Shown here: piece after piece, positions 1 to 13,642 of the stretch | Layout of the letters: each line of letters begins with the position of its first letter | Position numbering within the stretch: the stretch's first letter is position 1 | Assembly (NCBI RefSeq): GCF_036321535.1 | Contig: NC_087437.1 | Span: 119,414,001 to 119,478,000, forward strand | DNA length: 64,000 nucleotides | Direction: 5' to 3' | DNA from: Camelus dromedarius | Lineage: Eukaryota | Program-made: the position numbers and the translations under genes | The notes under the pieces: model-generated | Database searches by the model: none | Seen by the model: the letters and a program-made list of their open reading frames with translations, nothing else | Told to the model about the DNA's origin: nothing

Positions 1-802
1 GTTCCTGAAGCGCTGCTCTGTCAAGACTTCTGTGCAGGAGCAGCCTAAGTCTGCCTACTGCTTGTAGCTTAAACCTTCCAGTCCCAGACTCCTCCTGCTG
101 CCACGGCTCAGGAATTAATTTCAAAGCATGTTGGAACAGAAGGAGGAAGGGAGGGACCCAGGGTGGCCCTGGACATCTGTAGAGGTTGTTCACTGCTCTC
201 TGATGCAGAGGTTACCACCAGGTTTGTGCAAGGCCAGACCTGTGAGGCCAGACGCTGGGGCCTTGGAGACGCCCCAGAAGGTCTGTTCACGGACAGAGTG
301 GGCTCTCGCGCCTGCGAGGGGCGGGACTGTGCGTGCCCTGCAAGTGTCACCTAGCTCAGTCCTCATCCCAGGCCTCCTGTATGTGACTTTTCTCACTCTG
401 AAATGGAGGGCGTGGAGACGCTATGCAACTTTCCCAAAGTCAAACAGCTAGTCAGTGGAGGAGCTGGAATTGAAACCAGGCCTGCGGGTTGTCAAGTCCA
501 GTGATCTGCTCTGTGGTGGAGGGTGTGATGGAAACCGAAGGGGGGAATGAGTGGAGACTCACGGGTGCCAGCCTCGCAGCCCCCGGCCCAGGCCACTCTG
601 CCCCGGCACCACCACGAGATGGCGCTGCAGACCAGGGCGGAAGTCCCGCTGCTCCCGCAGCCGCCAGAGCCCTTCTTGTCTGGTTTGCTCTCTTCCACCC
701 GCTTTGAGCCTCTTGCCTGCAGACTAAGCGAGGCTGGAACACTCCACAGGGCTTCGGGGTCCTGGGCACGTGTCTGCTGGGACAGGGCTCAGACAACCAT
801 GC

Positions 803-1217
803 TGTGTCAAAGAAAATATTAATCAATGGTCAATCTAAGAAAGAAAGAAAAACATTTTATTCCAGCCAACCCAGTCTTGCAGAAGGTCTGAGAACTGCCC
901 TGAAGAGGTAACGGGGAGGCCGGCGTAGGTGTGATTTGGCCAAGGGGCCCGTGCAGTCCAGCACGTGCTGCTGCTCACCAGGAACAAGTCTACGGTTTCA
1001 GTGCTTTTCCAAGTAAGGGGAGATGCAAGAATTCAGCTTCATAAAAAATTTCTCCCGAAAATACCTAGCTGTCTGAGGGCCGGTTTTGTCAGTTTTCCCC
1101 GAGGGGAGAGTGTCTGTCCTGGGTCTTCCCTCCGAGTTCCTGGTGGGCCGGGGACTGCGACGGCTAAAGGCTTGATTCTTGCAGATTGGGAAGATGGGCA
1201 ACATTCCTTATTTCACA
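803..1217 (-). mobile_element. ERV1-like LTR, probably followed by ERV internal sequence
   Basis: tgtgtcaaag...tttcaca termini, tttatt near the left end, layout like 25846-26345; purine run adjacent on the minus strand. Confidence 0.65.
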
Positions 1218-1499
1218 CCTTTCGGTCTTAATTTCAACTGAAGTTTGGGAGGCATTTCGTGACCAATTTGTCCCACGGCGCTAGGAATGCCCACTCCCAG
1301 CTCAGGCGAGGATCTCACTGATAGAACACTCCGTGTGCTGTTACCAGACTAGAGCCTCTGCCCAGTAGCCAGCAGCCTCTGGATCGCCTGTCTTACTGGT
1401 CTGTGGTGGTCCAGGAAGCAGTTCCCTCTTGTTGCCTCTGCCCGTATCTAGAGTCACACTGTTACAACCATTGATCTTATGGAACCATACACATATTTT

Positions 1500-1930
1500 T
1501 TGATCTAAAGTTGATTGACGATGTTGTGTTAGTTTCTGATGTACAAAGAAGTGATTCAGTTATACATGTATATGTGTGTACATTCTTTTCCATATTCTTT
1601 TCCACTATGATTTATTACAAGCTATTGGATACAGTTCCCTGTGCTGGACAGTAGGACCTGGTTGTTTATTCTATATATAATAGTTTGCATCTGCTGATCC
1701 CAGATTCCTAGTTTGTCCTCCCGACCAACCTTCCCCTTTGATAACCGTAAGTTTGTTTTCTATGTCTGTGAATCTGTTTCTGTGCCATAAATAAGTTCAT
1801 TGGGGTCATATTCTAGATTCCACATGTAAGTGATGTCATATGGTGTTTGTCTTTCTCTGTCTGACTTCCTTCACTGAGTATGATCACCTCCAGGTCCAGC
1901 CATGTTGCTGCAAATAGCATTCTTTCATAT
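1500..1930 (-). mobile_element. 5'-truncated L1 3' end
   Basis: Typical antisense L1 3' UTR (gtgattcagttatacat...attctagattccacatgtaagtgat); acat..tttttgatc on both flanks. Confidence 0.85.
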
Positions 1931-2300
1931 AAAACTACATTTTTGATCAATCTTTTCCTTTTTTTAAACTTTTTTTTATTGCATTACAGTCATTTTACAA
2001 CGTTGTGTAAATATATACAAGACCTAGTGGTAGCTCACAGCGGAAGAACGGTGACAATGCTCAGTCATTTCCAGTTGCCTCATCATCACTAATTTTATCT
2101 GAATCTCAGGCACACATTTGGTAATGCAAGGAACAATACTCTTGTAAGAGACACAGAATATGGCTAGTAACATTAATAAGATCATAAGTAAGTACTTAAG
2201 CTAAGAGCTTCCATTAAGTGCAGCCCAGTACCCCCCCCCCCAGGCCGTCTGACCCATCTGCTGTAATCACTGTCTTTAAGGGAAATGGTACATTGGCCTC

Positions 2301-2596
2301 ATGCATAAAGTTCACCAAAGATTCTGCACATACCAGGCGAGTGGTGGGTCATCGCGACCCCTTACAGGGTGGAGAAAGGAATGCTGCCTTCTAAGGTGCT
2401 ACATGGCTGGTGTCAGAAGAAGAAAAAGCAATCGTATGGTTGAGCAGGTGTTTCTGCTTTGGGGAGGTCTGGTTCACACCCAATGCAGATGCACAGTGCA
2501 CACTGGAGGGGAGGGAACAGCCCAAACAGCAGAGAAGAATGTTTAGGTTTAAATTTTTTTTTGTCTTATCTTAAAATGTGAATTTTTACTTGGTCA
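2301..2596 (-). mobile_element. LTR fragment of the same family as 25846-26345
   Basis: Shares cataaagttcacc, tacat..ctggtgtcaga, ggaggtc.ggtt and ttttt.ttgtctt..cttaaaatg blocks with 26041-26345. Confidence 0.75.
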
Positions 2597-3129
2597 CTGG
2601 CCTTGCAGGGTGCTCAGAACTCGTGCCTCCAAAGCAGGGGTATCAGAGGCGCCAGCTGGTGGGGTCCGAACCCGTGTGGAATCTGCTTCCCTGCCCAGAC
2701 TTCCCAGGGGATGGGGACGCCTTCCTTCCCCTCCCTCTCCATTCCTGGGGGGACTAGGGCGGCCACAGCAGGAAATGGCGTCTCTGTGCCACGGAGCCTG
2801 GGCTGAGCGAGCGAGCGAGCTTCTCTGGACGAGGGCTGGGGTGTGGGGCACAGCGGGGACTGCTGGCCGCAGGCTCTCAGGGCTCGAGCAAAGCTGGGGA
2901 TCTGGTGGCCAGAGTGGGAAGCGTCTGTGTCACCTAGAGGACGTGGTTCCGGTCTGGCGTGGGCAGGGCAGGGTCATTCCATCATCAGGGACTGTGGGTT
3001 CTCACTTTTCAAGATCCCAGACTCTGGTGAGAGGAACTCCACGGTAGGGACTGCTCCTGGGAGGGGGCGGGTTCGTTCGCCCACAGTATACTCAGAGCTT
3101 TTGCCGTGTGATGGTGGGAGTCAGGGTGG

Positions 3130-3225
3130 GGTCGAGGTTAAAGGCACTGGCTCTGCCATGTGGGACACATCATGTGATGTCTCTGAGCCTCAATTTTCTC
3201 ACCTGTGAAGTGGGGAGATACTAGC
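3130..3225. mobile_element. MIR fragment
   Basis: tctctgagcctcaattttctcacctgtgaagtgggg core. Confidence 0.7.
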
Positions 3226-6200
3226 ATCAGGGATTTTGGAGCCACAAGTAATAGAAACTCAACTCCAAAGGGCTTTAATGATAGAGACAATTTATGACCC
3301 CTTGCAGATGAAAAGTGCAGGGCAGGGTGGCCTTCAGGCAAGGCTCTCTCCTGCAGCTCTCAAGGACCCAGGCTTTGTCCCTCCTTTTGCTCTCCTTCCA
3401 GGGTTTTAGCTTCTGCCAGAATCCCCTCGAGTCCCCCAGATAGCTGTGAGCAGCAGTGCTCCCTCATTTGTGTCCAGCAGAAGAAAGGCAGTGTCTCCCC
3501 AGCTATTGAACAAAGGGGCTTGGGTTATCTCGATTGAAATGTCTGGGATCGTGTCCCCAGCTCTGGCCAGGAGGACGTCCCGTGCTGACTGCTGAGGCTC
3601 GGAGCCACTTCCATGGGTGGACGGGGCTGACATCATGCTGGTCAGTTTCAGCCAGTCCACGGCCACAAGAAAGCCACACACACGTTCCAGGAGGAATAAC
3701 CCAACCTCGTCAAGCCATGCTTCCAGAATGTTCTTCGTGGATGAGCGATGGCTTCTGATTGGATAGTTCCTACAGGAAGGGCCCAGTTCCCACTTAGACA
3801 TCCTCCCCAGGGAGGGCGGCAGGACCTCTGACAGTGGTGAGGGGAGTGCACCCCGGGGCTCTGGGGGAGCCTGAGGCGGGTTATGTGAGCTCTCTTCTGA
3901 GTCTGCCCTGGCCGCCGAGAGAGATGCCAAGGAAGCCACCTACCCTTTAGGGTCAGGCCCCTGCTCATCCTCCCAGCCCGTCCGGCAGCAATGATGTTTG
4001 CAGAACACTCAACTCAAAGCCTGAGAGCTGGGGCCAGGCACACATCGCCCACTTGTGCTGCGGTCTTGGGAGACAAGCGTCAGACCACAGAGGGACAGCA
4101 GAAGCCCTGAGACCTCAGGGACCTCCCCCAGCGAAGCAGTAAGTGCAGGGCCTGGACGTCAGCCCTGGGCTGTCCCTGGTCACGGCCACCACACCATGTT
4201 CCACAGTGGGGGCTGCAGGACCCGAGTCCTGTGGGGAGAAGAGGGTTTGTGTGCAAACAAATGTGAGAAGGGCTGCTAAGCAAGGCCGCTCTAGGGTCTT
4301 ATGATGGGACCTAGCTCCCTGACCACCTGGTAGCGGGGCCTCCATCCCAGGCCCGGCCAAGCTGTAACCTTGACCTTCCTCTGTTTCTGGAGAGAGAATT
4401 TTCAATGACTCAGGACAGCAGAGCAGAACATTAAAAACACAACCCCGGGGTGGACACAAGCCCTGGCCCCAGGTGGGCAGGGTGAAGCTCGGTCCCTGCC
4501 TGCCCTACTCCAGGACTCTCCCTGCCAGGGGGGCCTGGGGAGGGGGCGGGGGGTGGTTGCCACACGGCATGACCCTGCAGGGGCTGGGACAGTGGGGCAG
4601 AAACCCCAACAGCAGCCCCAGGTCTCTCTCTGAGCGGGTTGTCTGAGCCCATCCCTGCTGGGACCCCATTTCTCCAGGATCCCCAGTCACCTGGTCACAG
4701 TGGGGAGCCCTGGGGAGGAGGCGGGCTGTGAGGGAGGAAGCCTGCGATGGAGCCCTGGCCGCAGATGGAGGGGCCCCCAGTGCGCCCAGCGTCCAGGGAG
4801 CCTCATCCCCGTGGAGGCTGGCGTGGCCCCTGGCTCCCGCTGTGACCCGTGCTGGGGAGAGCCCCACAGCCCTGGACCAGCCAGTGGCCCCCTCTGGGGA
4901 GGGGGCTGGCCAGCCCAGCCCCACGGAGCATGCGGGCCTGACTGGGAGCAGGTCAGCTCTTGGCCCAGGTTCGGGCCGCTCGCGGGCTTTGTTCCCACTT
5001 TCACTGCTTTGGGGCCACAGCGACCTTATGTCCCCCCTTCGTGTCCCTGTCCCCCAGCCCTCGCTGTGCCCAAATCCGGTTTCTACCCTCTCAGGGGCCT
5101 GGCCTGCTCACGACAGAGGTCTGGCCCACCGGGCACCCCCATTTCTTTCCCAGGGAGGCTCCTGTAATTCTTTACTTCCACAAGGTCTGGCCACGTGCTC
5201 CCGGGGTGCAGACAGGACCCGTGTCCTCCGGGAGACCTCTCAGCAGTGCGTTCATCAACGACAGTGTTGCCACCAAGCTGATCCTTGATTCTTCCTCGGA
5301 GCGGCAGGGCGGGGACCGCACGGGCGGCCCAGGAGCCCGGGTGACCCGCTCTTCAGGTCTGCACAGACCTCTCACCCACTCCCCACCCTCCGCCCGGAAG
5401 TGGGCGGGTGCTGGGTGCAGGAACGGTGCTCCCGGCCTGCAGGGTCGCCTCCCTTACTGGCTGGCCTGCTGTTGGCTCCTGCGGTGAGGAGGGAATGGGG
5501 TGCAGCCTGGGGAGGAGGCGGCCTCAGGATCCAGGTGGCTGCCCCAGGCATGTTCACTGTCCCGCTCTGGCCCCGGGGCTTCCGGACCTCCGTCCTCAGA
5601 GGGTCTGAGCCCTGCACCTGCCTGGCGCTGACGGACGCCCCGTCGGGGGCTCGGATGTCCTGGAGGCTGCTGTGCACGGAAAGCACCTTCACAACTACTG
5701 AAAATGTGACCTTATCATTTATTGAGGTTACATTACTTAAAGATAATTATTTTCCCTAACTAAATCCCACTTGTAACTCTTTTTAATTTATTTTGTGTTT
5801 ATCTGGGGAGTTCTAACGATCGCTTTCATGTGGAACCTGGAGACTGAGTAACTCAAGTGACAGAAACTCTTGTAACCAATCCTGTCCATTAAATCCCCTT
5901 GGGCATTTTAAACTGTACTTACAAATTGAATGTATTTTGATTTTCTTTCTAGTAAGCTTCAACCGTGAGGCCCATGTGCTTTAAAAAAATTCCAGTTTTT
6001 TTAGAAAACTCAGTGGCCCCCCAGCTACCCACCCACCATCCCCAGATTCCTGCCTGCGTGGGCAGGTCCCACACAGGACACCTGTCTCAGCTCACAGACC
6101 TCAACGCTTTACTCCCCAACCTTTCCCGTTTATCCAGCAGTGACTCAAAACTCAGTTGGTAACTGAGTCTAGAAACTTGGCGGGACTCGGGGTCTAACAA

Positions 6201-7962
6201 ACGCTGCAATCCTGTTCACACACTCAGTCCGTTTCTCTTACCTCTCAGCTTTGATGCACGAGTCCAGAAGGAGCAGCAGGTTTTAAACCAGTATCATCAA
6301 TTCTTCGGGATAAACTGGGAAAAGCTATGTTGTGGGAGCCTTAAACATGCCTCACTGTCTTCAACATTGTAAACTTGGAAGCACACAGACTCTTCCCTGA
6401 ACATAACAGGGAAGGATGTATAGAGTGAATCTGATTTATTCTATTATCTGCATGTGATTCTGAGCATTCCTGGAGCTCAAAGAGGCTCCTGCACTTCAGA
6501 AACAGTTTCAGCACCCCCAGCAAGAACAGGGGGATCCTCTCAAATTGGGGGGGATTTGGGTCTAGATTTGAGGCCGGGGATTGTGACGTTTGGATGGTTC
6601 TATCAGGCCACTGACGAGACCTTTGCTAAGAGCTGCCCTGACACCTGCGGAGGAGCCTGTCTCCCAGGCTGAGCCCTGGGTTCACCCGGATCATCTTCCA
6701 TCCTCCAGTCTGGTCAGTCTGTGCTCCCCTCCAGGGGCTCCGTCAATGATCAGATTCAACTCTCTGCTTCTTCCCTGACCCAATTCTCAATCCACTTCAA
6801 GCTCTCCCGTCTGGAGGGGCCACAGCTCCCACAGCCGGTCTCTCTGTGGTCCCGGGTCTCCGCCCGGCTCTGTGGTCCCTGCATGAGCATCGGGTGAACA
6901 AGGCTGCCTGGTCCTCCCCTGTCTTTGCGTCTGTCCCGCTGTTACCCTGGGCCAACCTCTGCTTCTGGAAAGAACCCTGGCCTGTTCTACATGAAAACTC
7001 AGCCCCCAGCCCCACGTGAACAAGAGAAGCGTGCGGGCCTGCGGGCTCTTCAAACTGTTACGTGTGTTTTGCCCCGCGGTCCTCACGAGGACCGGGTGGC
7101 AGCGGCATGTTCCCGGTTTCCTAGGTGAGGAGGCAGACGCCACGGCACTATAAGGGGGCCTGTCAAGGTCGCATGACTAGTGCCCCCAGCACTTGGGCAC
7201 AGCAGCTGGCCTTCACGGGTGGCATACCTCGTCTCAGGTGCTGTGTGAGCTCCCTCACGTCCCCAGTGGCGCTGCTGGGCAGAGTGGTACTGTCGCCCTC
7301 CCCCAGGTGGCGCAGACGAGGTTAAGTCCTCCAGTGAGGGGTGGTGACGGCTGCCAGGCTTGCTGACTGGGATCCCGGACGTGGGCGTAGACACCGCTTC
7401 CCACGCCAACCCTTACACGCTGGGCACCGGACCCCGCACTTCACATAGACTGCGCCGTTTTGTCTACCCTCTGAGGCGGGGACGATGCCCCTCATCATTC
7501 AGGTGGAGACACTGCGCCCAGAGAGAGGCAGGAGCTGGGAGGCCCGTGGCTGGGAGGGGGGGGGCAGGCTTCCAAGTCTGCACACATGCCTGTGGGGCCG
7601 ACCACCAGGGCCGGCTTCCGGGTGGGAACCCGGGCGTGGGAGCAAGACCCTGGCTGGCCTCAGGACCAGCATCCGACGGCTCTGGACTGTCCTAGACCCT
7701 GCGACAAGCGGGCCAGTGCCCTCTCATGGGACTCCCCTGGGGCCTGGAGCCGGGCCCGACCTGCTGCGACCTCCAGTCTCAGTGGCAGGGAAAGGAGGTC
7801 GTGGACTGGGACTCAGGCTGTCATCTTCCTCCCCTTCACAGATGCCTGCCCGTCCCTCTGCCATGAGAACGTCAGAAGGTCCCTTTCTCCCGAAAAGGGC
7901 AAGAATCATCTTAATCCTTCTCCCATGGAGATACCAGTTGGGGATTTTTAGGGAGAAGGATG

Positions 7963-8350
7963 TGTCAGGGGTCCCCAAGACCACCTTTAGTTTTGATGAT
8001 CCTTTAAAAAGACCCACAGGACACAGAGGTTACAGTTTATTGTAGCGAAAGGACACAGATGAAAATCAACAAAGGAGAGGACGCCTGGGAGGGTCCAGGA
8101 GAGAGCAGGCTGCGCTGCCGCCGTCCTGGCCCAGGGGCAACGAGCAGACGCTGCTGATTGCCCAGCACCGGCGTGCGACAACACGTGAGGGGGCTCTCGT
8201 GGACACGGATCACCTGCGTGGCTGCCCTATTCAGACCCCAGTCCTCCCGGGTCAAACTGATGTACGCAGCCCATAGGTCACAGCATTAACACAGACACCA
8301 GGCAGGTCCAGGCTCCGGGTGCCCAGACACTCTTAACGGGTAGACACCCC
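7963..8350. mobile_element. MER21-like LTR fragment
   Basis: tgtcaggggtccccaagaccacc...gtttattgtagcgaaaggacacagatgaaaatcaacaaagg matches the MER21 consensus end as recalled. Confidence 0.75.
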
Positions 8351-11300
8351 CAGGACCCAACAAGAACGGAAGGGGAAGGGCTATCACCCCAGCCCCGCTG
8401 AGTTAACCCTCCACTGCCCAGAGGCTGGGGGTGCAGAGGGAGCAGGTGTCTGAGGACACCTGTGGGCGCCTCTGGGCGCTGAATCTTGCTAACCAGATAC
8501 CATGGCTGCCGGGAGGCTGGCGTCTCCCTGCCTCCAGCCCTGATTTCCTTATGGAGCAGGGAAGTCACCCCAGGACCCGGGCAGAGCTGAGCTAAGGGGG
8601 TGGGGGCTTCAGCTCAGAGGCTCCTGACCCCGGCCGTGTGCAGCAAGCGGCGCCGGCCGGAGGCGGTAACGAGAGTGTGCAGACGCCGTTTACACTTGCA
8701 CGTCTCTCGAAGTGTTTGCAGACATTCTTCTGAGCGCAGCAGAATCGCCGTCAGCGCAACAAAGCGAACGCGCTGGTGCCCACGGGGCTTGGCGTCTCAG
8801 CTCAGCAGCTCAGGGCAGGGACACCCTCGGGGGCCTGGGGCTTAACATGTTTGTCCTGGGGTTGGCTCCAGGTGAAACCCATCAAACTGAACGCCTTCAC
8901 GGTGTTTCTTGTCACCTGCGGGGCGTCTGTCACCTCAGGACCCCTGGCCAGGCCGGCCCCCCCGAGGCCACGCCCGGCCCCCCAGGCCCCAGCTTTGCCC
9001 ATCCGGGGCTGGAGCCCTGCCCACGCGGCCTGCCCACGGCACGGCCAGCTCCCTTCCCCGGGGCCCGAACGATGATCGGTTTGCGCTTCTTTTTCACAAA
9101 GTTGTTGCCAGGAAGCCCAAGTATTGCACAGCTGACTAGCTAACTCCAGTTGTCTCTCTGTGGATTTTGTGATGATAGGAAAAAAAAAAATAGAGAAAGA
9201 AAAACAACAACAAAACCCCAAGGAACTAAGAAGGAAAGAAAATACAATGAGCGTGCAGAGTTTTCAATGGAAAATTACCCCCAAATCATCGACAACACGC
9301 GGCTCCCCGAGTTTTGGAGCAGCGATGGCCACCACCAGCGAACATTATGACTGGTTCTCGGCACGTTTCCATGCCGGCTGGGGTGAGAGGGGATAGCCCT
9401 GCAGGGCGGCTCCGAGTTCGGGTGCTGCATTTATATCAGGGTGCAGTGTTGAGTTCTCTGCACCCTGTAATGGGAGGTGGATGTAGGAATGCCTTAAGCA
9501 ACGGGGGGCAGAGAAGCCAGGGGACAGGGAACACAACAGAGGGCCCAGGAGGGAACCTCCCCCCCAATCCCGATAGACAGAGACCCCGTTCCTGGGAGGA
9601 GAGACGGGCCAGGGCACAGCCAGCAGCTGGTCCGAGGGTTCAGGTCCGGGCATGCGCGCAGCGTTGGAGGGAGCTTAGCTGGGGTTGGCAGCGTTAGAAG
9701 AAACATTCTGTGAAAACTCTCTCAGAATATTTGGAAAATCCAGACAACAAGACCCCATGGTCTCCGTCCTGTGGCTTTTGCCCTCCTCATCCAATGCAGT
9801 CCAGGAAGTTCTGAGGCCTCAGATGAGCAAATGGAGGGAGAGGCAAGAGGCTGGGCGTCAGGAGGCTGCAGCCACGGGGGCCACGCTGAGAGAAGGCCAG
9901 CCTGGCCAGTGCCCACCATGAGCGACCCTTGGGCAGTGGGGTCTGAGGGAGGCACCGGCAGCCCCTCTTGCTCTGAAGCCCTGATACAGGCCCTGGAGAG
10001 AGCATGAACCTGAGCCACAGTGCAGGGCAGGGAGCCTGGCTATGCTGCAGGCGGGAAGGCAGGTCAGTGGCAGGAGCCTTTCCTGGGGTGGGTCTGGGGG
10101 TGGGGACACGCCGGTGGCACCCGAGCTGGGCTTCTTGGGAAGGGCTTGGCCAGGCTTCGTCTGCAAGAGGGTTGGTACGTGCGGTGATGCAGGGGCGTCC
10201 TGAGCTCACCTTGATCCAAGGAAGGGTCTTCCCAAACGCTCACAAGCACTAGAACCACCTGGGGAGGGATGGAGGTGGGACTGTAATGCTTGGGTCCACA
10301 CCCGCGGGGTTTCTGATTTGACAAATGGGAAGTAGCCTCACCTGTATCCTTGTGTCTTACAGGTGCCTGGTGCCTGCCCTGCCAAGTACGCTAAGCGCTG
10401 CTGGAATCTGCAGATTTCTGATGGCAAGATGGACCCGCATTGCTCCGAGTGGCACAGGTCAGTAGGGGAAGGGCTACCAAGGACAGGGACTGGACCCGTC
10501 CCCGAGGCCCTGGTCCTCAGACTGGACTTCACAGGGCGCCACGAGTCCGTTGTGGAGTCGCTGATGGAGTCAATGCTCGCTGGGCACCTGCGACGTTCGG
10601 AGCAGAGACAGATGTTCGGGGAGAGAGAGGACCGAGCCCCCGGCCTGGCCCTGAGGACTTATTACTCACTTCACAGGAGGAACCAGGACTCAGTCAGGAG
10701 GGGATCAGTGCCAGGGATGGAGGCTGGGGGCAGGGAGGATGGCGGCTGTGCAGCCCAGGGGTGAGCCTGTCCCTGAAAGCCAGGAGGAACCTGTGTCCTG
10801 GCACTCGCCCTGCCGGGGGCCCCTCTGCCTGGCCACCTGCCCTGCCCAGGTCTGCCCTGAGGACCTTTGAGTCTTCGGACTTCTTCTCTCCCTGGACCCC
10901 CACGTGCACTCAGGGCACAGTGAGGACTGGACCGCAAGGGCCCTCTCCGGCAGGCCTGTGATCAGGGTCCACGCCCCGTGGCAGAGGGAAGGGACAGGTT
11001 TCCCCCTTCCCGGCAGGGAGCTCCTGTTCCCACGTCAGGGCTGAAGAAATGGGAGGTCAAGGGCATCTCTGTGGTTCTGGATGACACGGACCCTGCGCCT
11101 GGGTCCCTGAACACACCTGAGACCCTGTCCAAATGTCAGACAGTCCAGAAACTCTGGTGGTGCTGCCCAGCCCTTGGCAGGGCAGGGTCCAACCTCCGCA
11201 CGGAGCCGTTCCGGTGGCCTCTCCAGGCGAACATCCTCTGGGGAAAGCCACTCCTGACGGGGTGGGAGAGACAGCCAGCACCCTGCTCCTTGCACTCGGG

Positions 11301-12394
11301 GTCTCAGGTCTCCCCCACCATCCTCCCTCCCCCCAGGCCTGGAGAGGGAGGGGCAGCAGGAGACCCCCGCCAGGGTGTGGGGGAGGAAGGCTGGGAGGGA
11401 CAGGCAGAAAGGGGAGCCTGACACCCCAGAAGCTTACCCCCAGTCCCTGCTTTGTCCCTGGTCCGCCCTGAGGCAGCAAGCCCGTCCTGTGGATTTTCCC
11501 GGACTCTGAGGCCTGCCCATTGAAGCTGGGAGGACTCCGACTTGGTCGGGACTAGACGGTCTGTTGAGGCAGTATGTGGGGGCACCTCGGAAACACGAAA
11601 CAGCCGTCTCAGTTTCTAATCTTTATCCCTCATTCTCTCAGCAGGTGCTTTTGTCCACGTCCCAGGCTCTGCCAGCATCCACACCCGCCCTGCCTCTCCC
11701 ACCTGCTCTCAGGTGAGAACACGCAAGAGGTGGAGGCGGGCAGGCACCTTGCTGTCAGCTGGACACCTGAGACGTGGACTCGGGAGGCTGGGGGTGGGGG
11801 TGGGGCTGATAATCCCCTCCCCCCGCCAGCGTCCAGCTGTGGCTAAGAAAAGGGGCATTCTCTGCTTTGCTGATCTGTTTGAAGGACATGTCGCCCAAAG
11901 ATGGCTTTCTCCCAAGTCATTAAAGGACAAAGGCAAACAAACACATCCCAGGCCTTGCAGGCCGGAGGCCACACAGCCGTCAGGACCCAGGCAGATTCTG
12001 CAGCCGCGTCTGTTGGGACACGGTGCCCAGCAGCCCTTGTCCAGGACACGCGGGCCAGCTTTCAACCGCTGCTTTTTCTGGAAAAGGAGAACACAGTCTT
12101 CCCAGAGAGGCTGGCTTAGTGAGGACTCGACCCTTTCTGCCTCTGGTTTCTGCAGCAGAAAAGACAACTGTCACTCACGGCAGGCAGAGCGTCCCGCACA
12201 CTGAGCCCTTTGTGTCCAGGATCCTGTTTAATCCTCATCACGACCCAACACGATCAGTACTGCTGTCCTGAGTCCTCTTTCAGAGGCTAGGTCCTGCCCA
12301 AGGCCCCCAGTGGGTCAGCCCCAACCCTCACCTGTGACCCAACCTGGCCGTTCACAGGGGTCACAGAACAGGAGCTAGAAACAGAGGGCTGCAC

Positions 12395-12840
12395 ACGAGT
12401 TTCCTGTGGCTGTAACACACCGCCACAAACAGCGTTAAAAACAACGAACTGATCATCCTCCGTGTCTGGGGCTTCGAAGTCTGACACGCGTCTCTCCAGA
12501 CTCACACCAAGGTGTTGGCAGGACTGGTCCCTCCTGAGGCTCCAAGGGAGACTTTGTCTCTTGCCTTTTCCGGAAACGGGGCACCCTGGGCTCCGGGCTC
12601 GGGCCCTCCCTCCACATTCAAGGACAGATGGCAGGGTCTTCACATCTCTGAGCGTCTCTGCCACCTCCCGCTGCCACGTTCAAGGACCCTAGTGATTGCT
12701 CCGGGCCCGCCCAGACAGTCCAGAGTAATCTCCCTGCTTTAAGGCCAGCTGATTAGCAACTTCAGTTCCATCTGCTACCCTCAGCCCCTTCACCACGTGA
12801 AGTAATGCAGTCCCGGGCTCCAGGACGAGGACCCGGAGAG
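12395..12840. mobile_element. MaLR LTR (MLT1B/C-like)
   Basis: aaggtgttggcagg..ctgaggctc..agggaga and aaggaccct.gtgatt..gggccc.cccaga...ccag..taatctccc motifs. Confidence 0.8.
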
Positions 12841-12929
12841 ATGCCTCAGCGCCGTGTCCTTCATGGCCACCTTTCCCTCTGTAGCCGGGACTGGCCGTCC
12901 CTCCAAGGTCCAGTCTCTACCTGGGGTGG

Positions 12930-13642
12930 GGGTGGTGCTGGGCTGGCTTAGACTGGCTTGTGAGAGCTGAGTGTTAAACAGCTGCTATTAATACCCTATA
13001 GAAATGGGCAGTTAAATAAATTATATTAACACAGAGGTAACAAATGCTCCAAGCCCGTCACTTCCTAATTACTTTACTGCGTGTCACAGTCACCTCTGTT
13101 CTCTCGGTCCTTTGCCTCTACTGCATCTGAGAGGCAGAAACCCTGCTCACACGCCCTCTACGCTTCTCTTCCCAACTGTATTCAGCGACATCACGGTGGC
13201 AGCTTCAAATTAGCCGTGGGGATGTTGACATCGTGGAATTCAGCAAACGCTATAAATCAGGGCTCGGTATGTTTTTTGCTGCTGATTGTTTAGTCTTTAG
13301 AATGTGGTGGAGAAACTATTAATCATGCAGACTGACTTCAGAGTGCGTTGTGTTTGTAACTTTGATGTTGTGAATAGCACAAAAAATTGTCCGATTGTGA
13401 TTGAACCACAGCTATAGACTGGCTACAAATACAAGAGTTTGGCAAAAATCAACAAAAGCATTCAGCTGGGGAGAGGGACCTTACAACAAAAAGCACCGTG
13501 TCTTCCATCGTTACTTGTAAGCTGTGCACGAAACCTCCCTTACGTCAGCAGAGCGAGGAATAAACTGACGTGCACACACATACAAATGCACGTGCTGCTT
13601 CTGCAGAGGGCTGGTTACTAACCTCTTACCAGCACATCCCTG
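12930..13642. mobile_element. hAT DNA transposon, MER63-like
   Basis: ttaaataaattatattaa..aggtaa.aaat.ctc, tcacttcctaatta, gcaaacgcta.aaatcagggct and terminal ttaccagcacatccctg. Confidence 0.8.
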
